The translations under genes and the position numbers were made by a program. Shown here piece by piece: positions 27,333-35,602 of a stretch of 60,072 nt of DNA. The stretch's first letter is position 1. Every line of letters begins with the position of its first letter. The DNA comes from a virus: UHGV virus genome UHGV-0303171. One strand, 5' to 3'. The notes beneath the pieces are model-generated. The model did no database searches. It saw only the letters and a program-made list of their open reading frames with translations, and had not been told where the DNA came from.

Positions 27333-27530
27333 ATGGTAAAAAAACAAACAATCTATTGTCCGAAGTGCAACAGGAAAGTTGGCACTTATGACGGAAAAGG
27401 AAAAATCGACAAAGTATGTCGATGCAAGAAGTGTAACAAAAAGATTATTTTCAAAGTAGCAACGGGAGAAACAGTCAGGAAGTCGCTGCCAATTAGAAAT
27501 TGCAGTAGCGGAATGACTTTTTTGATTTAA
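27333..27530 (+). CDS. Com-like zinc-ribbon protein (Mu Com-type translational regulator fold)
   Basis: IYCPKCNRKVGTYDGKGKIDKVCRCKKCNKKIIF has two CxxC pairs. The gene lies just upstream of the portal gene. Confidence 0.45.
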   Translation: MVKKQTIYCPKCNRKVGTYDGKGKIDKVCRCKKCNKKIIFKVATGETVRKSLPIRNCSSGMTFLI

Positions 27531-27539
27531 GGTGAAGAA

Positions 27540-29009
27540 ATGAACAAGAATACTCTACAAGACCTTGTAAAAGGCAAATACGGAAGAAAAATTGCATATG
27601 CGAATGTCGAAGAGGTTGATCAAAGCAATATTTTGGAAGTTGTAGGGGAAACAATTGGAATCTTTTACTTTAACAAACAAGTTACTAAATATTTGTGGGA
27701 CTACTACAAAGGAGATCAACCGATTCTGTACCGTACAAAGACGATCAGAGATGATGTGGTAAACAAAGTAGTAGAAAATCACGCTTATGAAGCGGTTCAG
27801 TTCAAAGTTGGCCAGTCCTATGGAGAACCGTTGCAGTGCGTGAGCATTGTAAAGGAAAATATCAGTGAATATGTTGACGTGTTCAATAATTATTTGAGAC
27901 GCGCTCATAAACATGCTAGAAATATTAGAGCTGGTGAGTGGCAGTCGGCAACTGGAACAGCTTTTTTAGCTGCTCAGTTTGAAAAACCGGGAGAAAAAAT
28001 GCCGTTCAGAATTACAGTTCCAACTCCGATGAATACCTACATCATTTATTCATCTATTACGGAAGAACCGCTTGTTTCCGTTCAAGAATTTAAGGACTTG
28101 AACGGTGAATGGTATAAGTCATGTCACACGAAAACGCACCAATGCATTATCAAAGACGGGAAAGTTGAACAATGGGGTGTACATGCGTTTGGTGGAATCC
28201 CTATTGTTGAATACCCAAATAATTTTGAAAGAATTTCTGATATTGAGCTTGTAGCATCCATGTTTGATACAATTAACAATATGCAGTCAAACAGAATGGA
28301 CAGCATTGAACAGTTTGTTAGTGCTTGGGTAAAATTTGTAAACTGTACAGTTGACCATGAGACATTCCAACAGATGAAAATGGAGGGCGCTCTTGTTGTC
28401 AAATCAAACAATGGTACTGACAATAAGGCTGATGTTGATATTATGACACAGGAGCTAAATCAAACTCAGTCACAGGTTGCAAAACAAGACTTGCTGGATA
28501 ATATCTTACAGATTCTTGCCATTCCTAAACTTGAGGGAAACACAGGAGGTGACACTCAAGGGGCGGTACAACTCCGTAACGGATGGGATATGGCTAAGAC
28601 GAGAGGAAAACTGAAAGACCCGATTATTCAAGAGTCAGAACAAAGACTGAATGAAGTTATCTTGAATATTATTCGTGTAAGAAAAGGAAAAAATGAATGT
28701 CCTATTGATACGAGCCAGTTTGAAGTGATTATTAATCACAGCCCTATGGATAATATGCTAGTAAAGGCACAGTTTCTGGACTACCTGTTGAAAGACGGCA
28801 CTCATCCGAAACTTGCATATGAGCTTAGCACATTATTCCCGGATAGTGAAAAAGCTTACATTCTGTCCAAGCCTTATTTGGATGTGCTTTACAAGACATC
28901 TGATGATGAAAATAAGCAAAATCAAATTGATGATAATGCTAATCAGAATCAAGAACCGGGGAACAATCAGAATTCAAATGGAAACAAAACGCCGGAGGTA
29001 GAAGAATGA
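27540..29009 (+). CDS. portal protein
   Basis: 489-aa ORF immediately after the TerL region. The size and position are as for lambda gpB/SPP1 gp6. An acidic C-terminal tail is present. Confidence 0.65.
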   Translation: MNKNTLQDLVKGKYGRKIAYANVEEVDQSNILEVVGETIGIFYFNKQVTKYLWDYYKGDQPILYRTKTIRDDVVNKVVENHAYEAVQFKVGQSYGEPLQCVSIVKENISEYVDVFNNYLRRAHKHARNIRAGEWQSATGTAFLAAQFEKPGEKMPFRITVPTPMNTYIIYSSITEEPLVSVQEFKDLNGEWYKSCHTKTHQCIIKDGKVEQWGVHAFGGIPIVEYPNNFERISDIELVASMFDTINNMQSNRMDSIEQFVSAWVKFVNCTVDHETFQQMKMEGALVVKSNNGTDNKADVDIMTQELNQTQSQVAKQDLLDNILQILAIPKLEGNTGGDTQGAVQLRNGWDMAKTRGKLKDPIIQESEQRLNEVILNIIRVRKGKNECPIDTSQFEVIINHSPMDNMLVKAQFLDYLLKDGTHPKLAYELSTLFPDSEKAYILSKPYLDVLYKTSDDENKQNQIDDNANQNQEPGNNQNSNGNKTPEVEE

Positions 29010-29248
29010 CATATGATTACACAGTAAAACAAGACGGACAGACGTATCCTCCGGGAACAGATGTGCCGGATATGGGGAGCATTGTTTGTACCGAAGCATC
29101 GGGAAATGTTAGAAGCTATGAAGCTCAGTCAAAAGATGTTGATAAGCTCCCGACTTATGTAGATGCAGGAAGTTCCTGTTTGATGTTAGACACATCGGAA
29201 TTATACAAATTCAACTCGGAGACAAAGAGTTGGCAGAAATTAGGATAG
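29006..29248 (+). CDS. hypothetical protein
   Basis: 80-aa ORF with start overlapping the portal stop. Confidence 0.45.
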   Translation: MTYDYTVKQDGQTYPPGTDVPDMGSIVCTEASGNVRSYEAQSKDVDKLPTYVDAGSSCLMLDTSELYKFNSETKSWQKLG

Positions 29249-29384
29249 TAGAAACGAGCCAGTCATTGAGAAATCAGTGGTTGGCTTTTTCTATATAAAT
29301 TTGCATCCATGCGTCAAATGGAAAAAGAAAAAATCCATGCTGATAGAACAGCGAAATCAAATGTAGATCACGGAGGTAATAACG

Positions 29385-29975
29385 ATGACAAGAGAAGAAG
29401 CAAAACAGAATTTGGTTGCATTAGGGATTGAAGAGCCGACAGATGCACAGGTCACTAATTATTTGAATCAGTTTCATAATAACAGACCAGCTCCGGCACC
29501 GAACCCAAATCCAGCACCAAAGCCGGAACCTCAGCCACAGCCTACACCGGCACCAGTTCCAAATCAACAGCCAAACCAAAATCCGGCACCACAGAACGAT
29601 GACGAGATTGAGAAGCTTAGAAAACAGATTGATGCATTGCAGAAAGAGAACATCAAGAAAGATATTCGTGCTTATGCTGCTGAAAAAGGACTGACGGGTG
29701 AACAGGCAGAGAATGTTCTTGCTGGTTTTCAAGACAATTACGATCTTGCAAAAACAGCCATTGATTCCATGTCACAGATTATCGCCGATAAAGAAACAGC
29801 CGCCGCGCAGAAAAAAGAACAGGAAATCGCTAACGGTTCAATTAATCCGGGCGGTGGAAATCCGGGCGGTGGAAAACAAGATGATAAGCCGGAAGATGTG
29901 AAAAATGCAGAATCTATTGTTTTCGGCAACAAACAGAGTGAGCAGTCTGTAAAAGACTACTACGTTTTGAAATAA
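29385..29975 (+). CDS. scaffolding protein (putative)
   Basis: A Pro/Gln-rich linker (APAPNPNPAPKPEPQPQPTPAP) is followed by predicted coiled coil. The gene lies between portal and decoration/capsid genes. Confidence 0.5.
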   Translation: MTREEAKQNLVALGIEEPTDAQVTNYLNQFHNNRPAPAPNPNPAPKPEPQPQPTPAPVPNQQPNQNPAPQNDDEIEKLRKQIDALQKENIKKDIRAYAAEKGLTGEQAENVLAGFQDNYDLAKTAIDSMSQIIADKETAAAQKKEQEIANGSINPGGGNPGGGKQDDKPEDVKNAESIVFGNKQSEQSVKDYYVLK

Positions 29976-29989
29976 GGAGGAATTAAGCA

Positions 29990-30334
29990 ATGGGCAAACC
30001 AATTGTAAGAGATTTTACACAAGGTAAAGGAATTCTGAAGTTCTTCCCGTATGAGGGAGCTGCTTGCGTAGTACAGCAGTCAATGGTATCTGCGGCAGAT
30101 AACAACGGAATGAAAATTGTAAAAGCTGGAACACCGTATCCGTCCAATGATGCTGAATGCCTTGGATATCTTCTTGAGGACGTTGATGTTACACAGGGAG
30201 ATGCACCGGGAACATATGTATATCAGGGAACGATTGATTGGGAAAAAGTAACAGGTCTTTCAATTGCAGATGCAGCAAGAAAAGCGACTCCGAGAGTTAC
30301 TTTTTACGGAGCACCAAAGATTGCAGAAGGTTAA
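29990..30334 (+). CDS. head decoration protein (lambda gpD-like)
   Basis: 114 aa. GYLLEDVDVTQGDAPGTYVYQGTIDWEKV...RVTF parallels gpD [31 protein letters not shown]. The gene lies directly upstream of the capsid gene. Confidence 0.55.
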   Translation: MGKPIVRDFTQGKGILKFFPYEGAACVVQQSMVSAADNNGMKIVKAGTPYPSNDAECLGYLLEDVDVTQGDAPGTYVYQGTIDWEKVTGLSIADAARKATPRVTFYGAPKIAEG

Positions 30335-30353
30335 TTAAGGAGGAATAACAGAC

Positions 30354-31442
30354 ATGGCATTACCATTAAGTCAAGCATTTACAGCGAGAAGTCTTGGGGT
30401 TATGTGGGATAACTACAAAGCGTCTCTTGCGCTTCCACCGTATCTTGGAAGACAGAAATTTGGAACAACAAAACAGGATTCACTGGAAATGAGATATATC
30501 CTTGGTGAAAATTCTCAGCCAATCTCTTTGAAAGCATCCAACTTTGATGCACAGGCAGAATTAAGAGATGTCGGTGGATTCCAGGATATCCAGAACGAAA
30601 TGCCGTTCTACAGAGAGTCCTACATGGTAACAGAAAAAGAGGAGCAGCAGTATGCGAACTATCAGTCTGCTGAAAACTCAAATCTTGCAAATCAAGTACT
30701 CAGACAGATCAGCAAGAAACCTATGAATCTGATTCAAGGAGCTATGGTGGTCCCAGAAAGACAGATTTGGCAGTTACTTGCTCCGTCAGATGGTGTTCCT
30801 AAAGTTACTGTTAAAATCAAAGACAAGACATACACAATTGATTACACAACAGACAATGGAGCAAAGCACAAGGCAGATCACTTCGTTGAAATTAAAGGAA
30901 CATCTGATAAGTGGAATGTTCCTGCAACAGCAACACCACTTCAAGACTTGATCGACACAAGACGTGATTTTGCAAAGAAGACAGGATATTCCCTGACAAG
31001 ATTCTCTATGAATACAGAGACATTTGAGATGATTCTGAAAGCAGAAGACACAAAGAAGCAGGTACTTGGAATTACTGCTTACAATGGCGGTATCAGAGTA
31101 AGACAGGCAGATGTTCTTTCTTATCTGAGAGAGTACGGAATCGAAATCGAGGTATACGACAAGATGTATGTTGATGAAGCTGGAACAACACAGTATTTCA
31201 TCCCAACAAACATTATCTCTTGTCAGTCAGCAGGAGTATATCTTGGAGACTACGTATTCGGAAGAACACCGGAAGAGAGAAGCGGAGACCTTGCCGGAGG
31301 AAATCTGCAACTTGTTGAAACTGGTATTTCTGTCTATACATATGCAACAGAGCATCCAATCAATACTCATTGCGTAGTATCCATGATTGGTCTTCCATCA
31401 TTTGAGGGAATGAACAGCGTTGTTGTTATGAAAGTAGCGTAA
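30354..31442 (+). CDS. major capsid protein (lambda gpE-like)
   Basis: 362 aa. The C-terminal region YFIPTNIISCQSAGVYLGDYVFGRTPEE...SVVVMKV parallels gpE NFLPDNTMVLGNTQARGLRTYGCIQD...VSVQLA. It is preceded by the gpD-like gene. Confidence 0.7.
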   Translation: MALPLSQAFTARSLGVMWDNYKASLALPPYLGRQKFGTTKQDSLEMRYILGENSQPISLKASNFDAQAELRDVGGFQDIQNEMPFYRESYMVTEKEEQQYANYQSAENSNLANQVLRQISKKPMNLIQGAMVVPERQIWQLLAPSDGVPKVTVKIKDKTYTIDYTTDNGAKHKADHFVEIKGTSDKWNVPATATPLQDLIDTRRDFAKKTGYSLTRFSMNTETFEMILKAEDTKKQVLGITAYNGGIRVRQADVLSYLREYGIEIEVYDKMYVDEAGTTQYFIPTNIISCQSAGVYLGDYVFGRTPEERSGDLAGGNLQLVETGISVYTYATEHPINTHCVVSMIGLPSFEGMNSVVVMKVA

Positions 31443-31453
31443 GAGGTGATCGG

Positions 31454-31705
31454 ATGCTTGCGAAGAACATTATCAAAATGAACGGCAAGTGGTACAAAGC
31501 AGGAGAAGAAGTCCCGGAAGGAACTCCGGGGCTGTATTCTGAGAAAATGCAAATACCGGTAGAGTTTAAGTATAAGAAAACAGACATCAACAGAATGAGC
31601 ACTGCTGACTTGAAAGAATTGGCAAGAGAACATGAAGTATTAAATGTTGACGATATGACTGGGCAAGATTTGAAAGAATACTTTATTACAAAGTTCAATC
31701 TGTAG
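31454..31705 (+). CDS. hypothetical protein
   Basis: 83-aa ORF. Confidence 0.45.
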   Translation: MLAKNIIKMNGKWYKAGEEVPEGTPGLYSEKMQIPVEFKYKKTDINRMSTADLKELAREHEVLNVDDMTGQDLKEYFITKFNL

Positions 31706-31721
31706 ATTGTGAGGTGCAGCT

Positions 31722-32060
31722 ATGGCAATTGAAGACAGAATCTATGAGAAATCAGTAGAATACTTGTCTGATATTCCAGAGCTTGCCGATGAAAAACCAT
31801 CAAAACTGTTAATCGGATTCGTAACTGAGAAATTTAAGCAGTGCAGAAACTATCCTCCGTCTTTTACGGATGCGAAGATAGAATCTGACATGGAAAAGCA
31901 TTTGAATACAATCGCCATGGCTGTGGTTGACCTAAAAGCAAAAGAGGGAGCTGAAGGAGAGACAAGCCATAGTGAAAATTCAATCAGCCGTTCTTATGAA
32001 AATGCTTATGTTTCAAGTTCGATATTTAATGACGTGCTTCCGTATGTTCATTTTTTATAG
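31722..32060 (+). CDS. head-tail connector (gp6-like) protein, putative
   Basis: The size and position after the capsid gene fit. Similarity is weak. Confidence 0.3.
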   Translation: MAIEDRIYEKSVEYLSDIPELADEKPSKLLIGFVTEKFKQCRNYPPSFTDAKIESDMEKHLNTIAMAVVDLKAKEGAEGETSHSENSISRSYENAYVSSSIFNDVLPYVHFL

Positions 32061-32165
32061 AAGATTGTGCGTGACCATTTTGCTGATGTCGGCAATATGG
32101 TCGCAGGGTATTAGCTAATTTGGTGGTGGGCAGCTAATGGAAATAAGAAAAAGGCAGGTAAATGA

Positions 32166-32480
32166 TTGATGACTATTGAAATATCGACAGCAATCATTAT
32201 AAGTGTGGTTTCAGTTGCTTTTTCCATTTTCTTCGGTTTGAAGAACAATAAACGTTCGGACACAAAGGATATCGAAGAAAGAGTTAGGCAGAACACACAA
32301 ATCAATATGAAACTTGATAACATCTCTTCCTTGAGTGAGGATATCAAAAGTGAGATTTCTCAGATGAAAGATAAACTTGATTCTCACAATGGAAGAATAA
32401 TCAAACTGGAAGACAGTGTAAAGAGTGCACATCACAGAATTGATACACTGGAAAACAGAATGAATGGTGGTGAAGAATAA
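32166..32480 (+). CDS. membrane-anchored coiled-coil protein
   Basis: N-terminal TM helix AIIISVVSVAFSIFFGL, then heptad-like charged sequence. Confidence 0.45.
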   Translation: MMTIEISTAIIISVVSVAFSIFFGLKNNKRSDTKDIEERVRQNTQINMKLDNISSLSEDIKSEISQMKDKLDSHNGRIIKLEDSVKSAHHRIDTLENRMNGGEE

Positions 32481-32773
32481 TGGATATTTTTTCAATGGAA
32501 ACCGTACTGGCAATTGTAGTTATTACTTATCTTGTTGGACTCGGAGCAAAGCTGTGTCCAAAAGTAAAAGATAATTATATCCCTGTGATTGTAGGTGTAG
32601 CTGGAGGAATCCTCGGAGTTGTTGGAATGTATGTAATTCCTAACTTTCCGGCAACAGACGTTCTTGATGCAATTGCAGTAGGAATTGTATCCGGACTTGC
32701 AAGTACTGGTGTAAATCAGATTCAGAAGCAAGTAAAGAAGGTGACCGTAAGTGAGGACGCTGAACAGAAATAA
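32480..32773 (+). CDS. holin-like multi-TM small membrane protein
   Basis: 97 aa with 3 hydrophobic helices and a charged C-terminus (QKQVKKVTVSEDAEQK). The location inside the structural module is unusual. Confidence 0.4.
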   Translation: MDIFSMETVLAIVVITYLVGLGAKLCPKVKDNYIPVIVGVAGGILGVVGMYVIPNFPATDVLDAIAVGIVSGLASTGVNQIQKQVKKVTVSEDAEQK

Positions 32774-33197
32774 GCAGAAAATGTACTACTCATTGCAAGA
32801 TGGTACGTCTCCGGTATATATGACTGATGATGAGGGGAATGTGAAGTACATCGAAGTAGACGGAGAACAGATTCCTGTTGAATCAGGAGAGACTGAACCA
32901 CACTACACAGAACCTAAATTATTCAGAGCGAATATTAATTCTACATTGACCGATACATTTATCCGGGCGTTTGGCATTGATGATTCCTCTGACAAGGCAA
33001 CGATTGTCTGTGCAAAAGGAACTCTTCCATTGACTAAGGGGGCGCGTATTTGGCGCAATTCAGAAATTAAATACAAAGACCTGATAAATATGTTAAACGT
33101 GGATGAAAATTCCGCAGATTACGTTGTTAAGGACGTCAACGATGAAGCTATGCACGAAGATACATTCTTGCTTCAACGATTGATTAAAGAGGGATAA
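32751..33197 (+). CDS. hypothetical structural protein
   Basis: 148-aa ORF in the head-to-tail region. Confidence 0.5.
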   Translation: MRTLNRNKQKMYYSLQDGTSPVYMTDDEGNVKYIEVDGEQIPVESGETEPHYTEPKLFRANINSTLTDTFIRAFGIDDSSDKATIVCAKGTLPLTKGARIWRNSEIKYKDLINMLNVDENSADYVVKDVNDEAMHEDTFLLQRLIKEG

Positions 33198-33199
33198 GA

Positions 33200-33739
33200 A
33201 TGAGCACAAAAATCAGTTTCGGATTATCGCAAAAGAGCATTGATGAAGCAATCAAACAGATTGAAGCTTACCAGAAATCGCTTGATTCTAAGTTAAGCTT
33301 GTTCTGTGAAAAATTGATTGAGAGAGGACAGACTGTCGCAGTTGAAAAGCTGACAGAATCTCCGCTCGGAAAAACAGTGACTCTGAAAAGTGATAAGACA
33401 GAAGAAGAGATGGGATGCAAAGCGGTACTGATTGCCACTGGTAAAGTAAAGTATCCAGAAGGAAGAGAACCGTTCAATCTTCTGTTCGCTATAGAATTCG
33501 GATCCGGTGTTCGTTACAACAGCATCCCAAACCCAAAAGCCGGAGAGCTTGGATTCGGTGTTGGAAGTTATCCGGGACAGACTCATGCGGCTGATCCGAA
33601 CGGCTGGTACTACTTTGGTGATGATGGAAAATGGCATCATTCTTACGGTATCAAAGCAACTATGCCGATGTACAATGCAAGCCTTGAGATGATTAAATCC
33701 GTTTCAGAAGTAGCGAGGGAGGTGTTTGGAAGTGGATAA
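33200..33739 (+). CDS. hypothetical structural protein
   Basis: 179-aa ORF. Confidence 0.5.
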   Translation: MSTKISFGLSQKSIDEAIKQIEAYQKSLDSKLSLFCEKLIERGQTVAVEKLTESPLGKTVTLKSDKTEEEMGCKAVLIATGKVKYPEGREPFNLLFAIEFGSGVRYNSIPNPKAGELGFGVGSYPGQTHAADPNGWYYFGDDGKWHHSYGIKATMPMYNASLEMIKSVSEVAREVFGSG

Positions 33740-34145
33740 TTCATGGGTTTTCGACTTAGAGACACACATCTTCTCTATTGTTCAGAAGAAAGTAGGAGAT
33801 AAGCTGAAAAGTAAGTATCCGAACATTCGTTTCACGACTACTTCAAAACCTAAAGGCGTGACCGTAAAATATCCAACAGTTTACATTCGTGAATTGCCTG
33901 GTGCAGAAAAAGCACGCACTTTGGACGGTGAAGATATCAGCGGAATCTTGTATTCCATGCAAGTAGAAGTAAGTACAGATAAAAGTATTAAAGAAGCCAA
34001 GGCGGTTTTGAAAGAGGTTGCCTTGGTATACAAAAATATGGGATTTGAAATCAATTCATTTCCCGAAGAGAGTGACGGAGACGAATATTACCGATGTGTA
34101 ATGCGAGTCAGACGAACTCTCGGAAATATAGATGCGTTGCACTGA
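33726..34145 (+). CDS. hypothetical structural protein (tail completion-like position)
   Basis: 139-aa ORF. A terminator hairpin GAGCC-gaaa-GGCTC plus T6 follows at 34144-34164. Confidence 0.5.
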   Translation: MEVDNSWVFDLETHIFSIVQKKVGDKLKSKYPNIRFTTTSKPKGVTVKYPTVYIRELPGAEKARTLDGEDISGILYSMQVEVSTDKSIKEAKAVLKEVALVYKNMGFEINSFPEESDGDEYYRCVMRVRRTLGNIDALH

Positions 34146-34194
34146 GCCGAAAGGCTCTTTTTTATTGCCTAGATGGCAGAAATGGAGGTAAAAA

Positions 34195-34689
34195 ATGGCT
34201 TCAACCAGTTATAAAGTAAGAGCTATTTACAAAGAACTTGAAGATAGTGCGGGTTTGTCAACAGTTGATTTTGCAGGAAGTTACAAACTGCTTCTGAAAG
34301 CAAAATCAATGCCAGCTCCGGTGTCTGCACCAAACACAGTTGAATCAACAACTATGGAAGATGATGCACAGACATTTGAGATGGGTATTAAACAGTCTGA
34401 TGCAAAAGAGGTAACAGGAAACCTTGAAAAAGAGTATCTGGACAATATTGGAAAACTTGAGAAGAAAAGAGTTGCTATCTTCCAGTTATATGGAACAGAC
34501 GGTATCGGTGGCGTTGCGAAATATGCATACGTTGCACAGGTATCCGCTACTCCGTCAGACGTTGGTGGTGTCGATGAAATCTGTGAGATGACAGCAACCG
34601 TCATTCAGAACACTGTCGCAAAGAAAGTGACAGACGAGTATACAATCGTTGACGCTGGAAACGGCACATTTACAGTAACAAAGGGGTAA
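34195..34689 (+). CDS. major tail protein (putative)
   Basis: 164 aa. The position just before the chaperone/TMP genes fits. A strong AAATGGAGG RBS is present. The gene is flanked by hairpins at 34687-34730 and 34768-34790, suggesting high expression. Confidence 0.55.
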   Translation: MASTSYKVRAIYKELEDSAGLSTVDFAGSYKLLLKAKSMPAPVSAPNTVESTTMEDDAQTFEMGIKQSDAKEVTGNLEKEYLDNIGKLEKKRVAIFQLYGTDGIGGVAKYAYVAQVSATPSDVGGVDEICEMTATVIQNTVAKKVTDEYTIVDAGNGTFTVTKG

Positions 34690-34826
34690 CACGTTCCGAG
34701 CAAGACATGTCAGCAAATACTCGGAACGTAAAATTTGATTACGCTGACATTACAGAATAACAACAGGAACGGGCGCTCTTAGGGGCGCCCTTCCCATATA
34801 AAAATTACGGGAAGGAATACAAAGAC

Positions 34827-35180
34827 ATGAAAACATTTGAAATTAATGGAAAAGAATATTCAGGGAAACCTTTTGACTTTAACCTTGTTTGCGACCTTGA
34901 GGACATGGGCGTATCAGTTGACTCCATGGAAGAGAAACCGATGAGCATGGTTAGAGGATATATTGCGCTGTGCATGGGAAAAAGACGTGCAGATGCCGGA
35001 CTTGAGATTCAAGAGCATATTCTGAATGGTGGAACAATGGATGATGCAACAAAAGTAATGCAAGAAGAAATGGAACAGTCTGATTTTTTTCGCAACCTCA
35101 ACAAGAGAGCGGAAGCGGAAGCTACAAAGAATCAGGCGAAGAAGAACACTGGCGGCAGAAAAACAGCAGCAGAGAAGTAA
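34827..35180 (+). CDS. tail assembly chaperone (gpG-like)
   Basis: MKTFEINGKEYSGKPFDFNLVCDLEDMGV is the typical N-terminus of Firmicutes-phage tail chaperones. The gene lies directly upstream of the TMP gene. Confidence 0.65.
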   Translation: MKTFEINGKEYSGKPFDFNLVCDLEDMGVSVDSMEEKPMSMVRGYIALCMGKRRADAGLEIQEHILNGGTMDDATKVMQEEMEQSDFFRNLNKRAEAEATKNQAKKNTGGRKTAAEK

Positions 35181-35557
35181 GATCGTACCGTTCTCAGCGT
35201 GAGTTTTTCACCTGTGAATGGTATCCGCAAGCAAAAAAAATGGGAGTTGGCTGGACAGAATTTTGGAGCATGAATCCTAGAATTCTGAAAGCGGTATCTG
35301 CCGGATACGAAGAACAACTCCTTGATATTGATTATATGAATTGGATGTCAGGGCAATATCTTATCAGTGCAATCAATACGTGCTTTATCAAAGAAGAAAA
35401 GTATCTGAAGAAACCGATTTTGAAAACATTAATTGAAGAATCACGAATGACTGATGAAGAACGTGAACTTCGTGAGATGGAAGAGGAAATCAGAAAAATG
35501 GATGCTTGGATTGCAGCAGACAGGGCAAGAGGATTGCCGGAGACATCGATAAATTAG
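34827..35557 (+). CDS. tail assembly chaperone G-T fusion produced by -1 programmed frameshift at T_TTT_TTT (35084-35090)
   Basis: The -1 frame opens at 35084, immediately after its own TGA at 35081-83. It stays open to 35557 and overlaps the G frame for 94 nt. Confidence 0.5.
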
Positions 35558-35602
35558 GATGGGTTCACCATCCTTTATTTTTTGTAAAAAGGTGGTGAAA
35601 AC

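Noticed and set aside
29421-29732. Minus-strand ORF (W/R/C-rich) inside the scaffold gene
   Set aside because: It is the mirror frame of the Pro/Gln-rich linker coding sequence.
35240-35557. Independent 105-aa gene (track ORF)
   Set aside because: Its frame opens exactly at a T_TTT_TTT slip site inside the upstream chaperone gene. It is better explained as the -1 frameshift extension (gpT-like).
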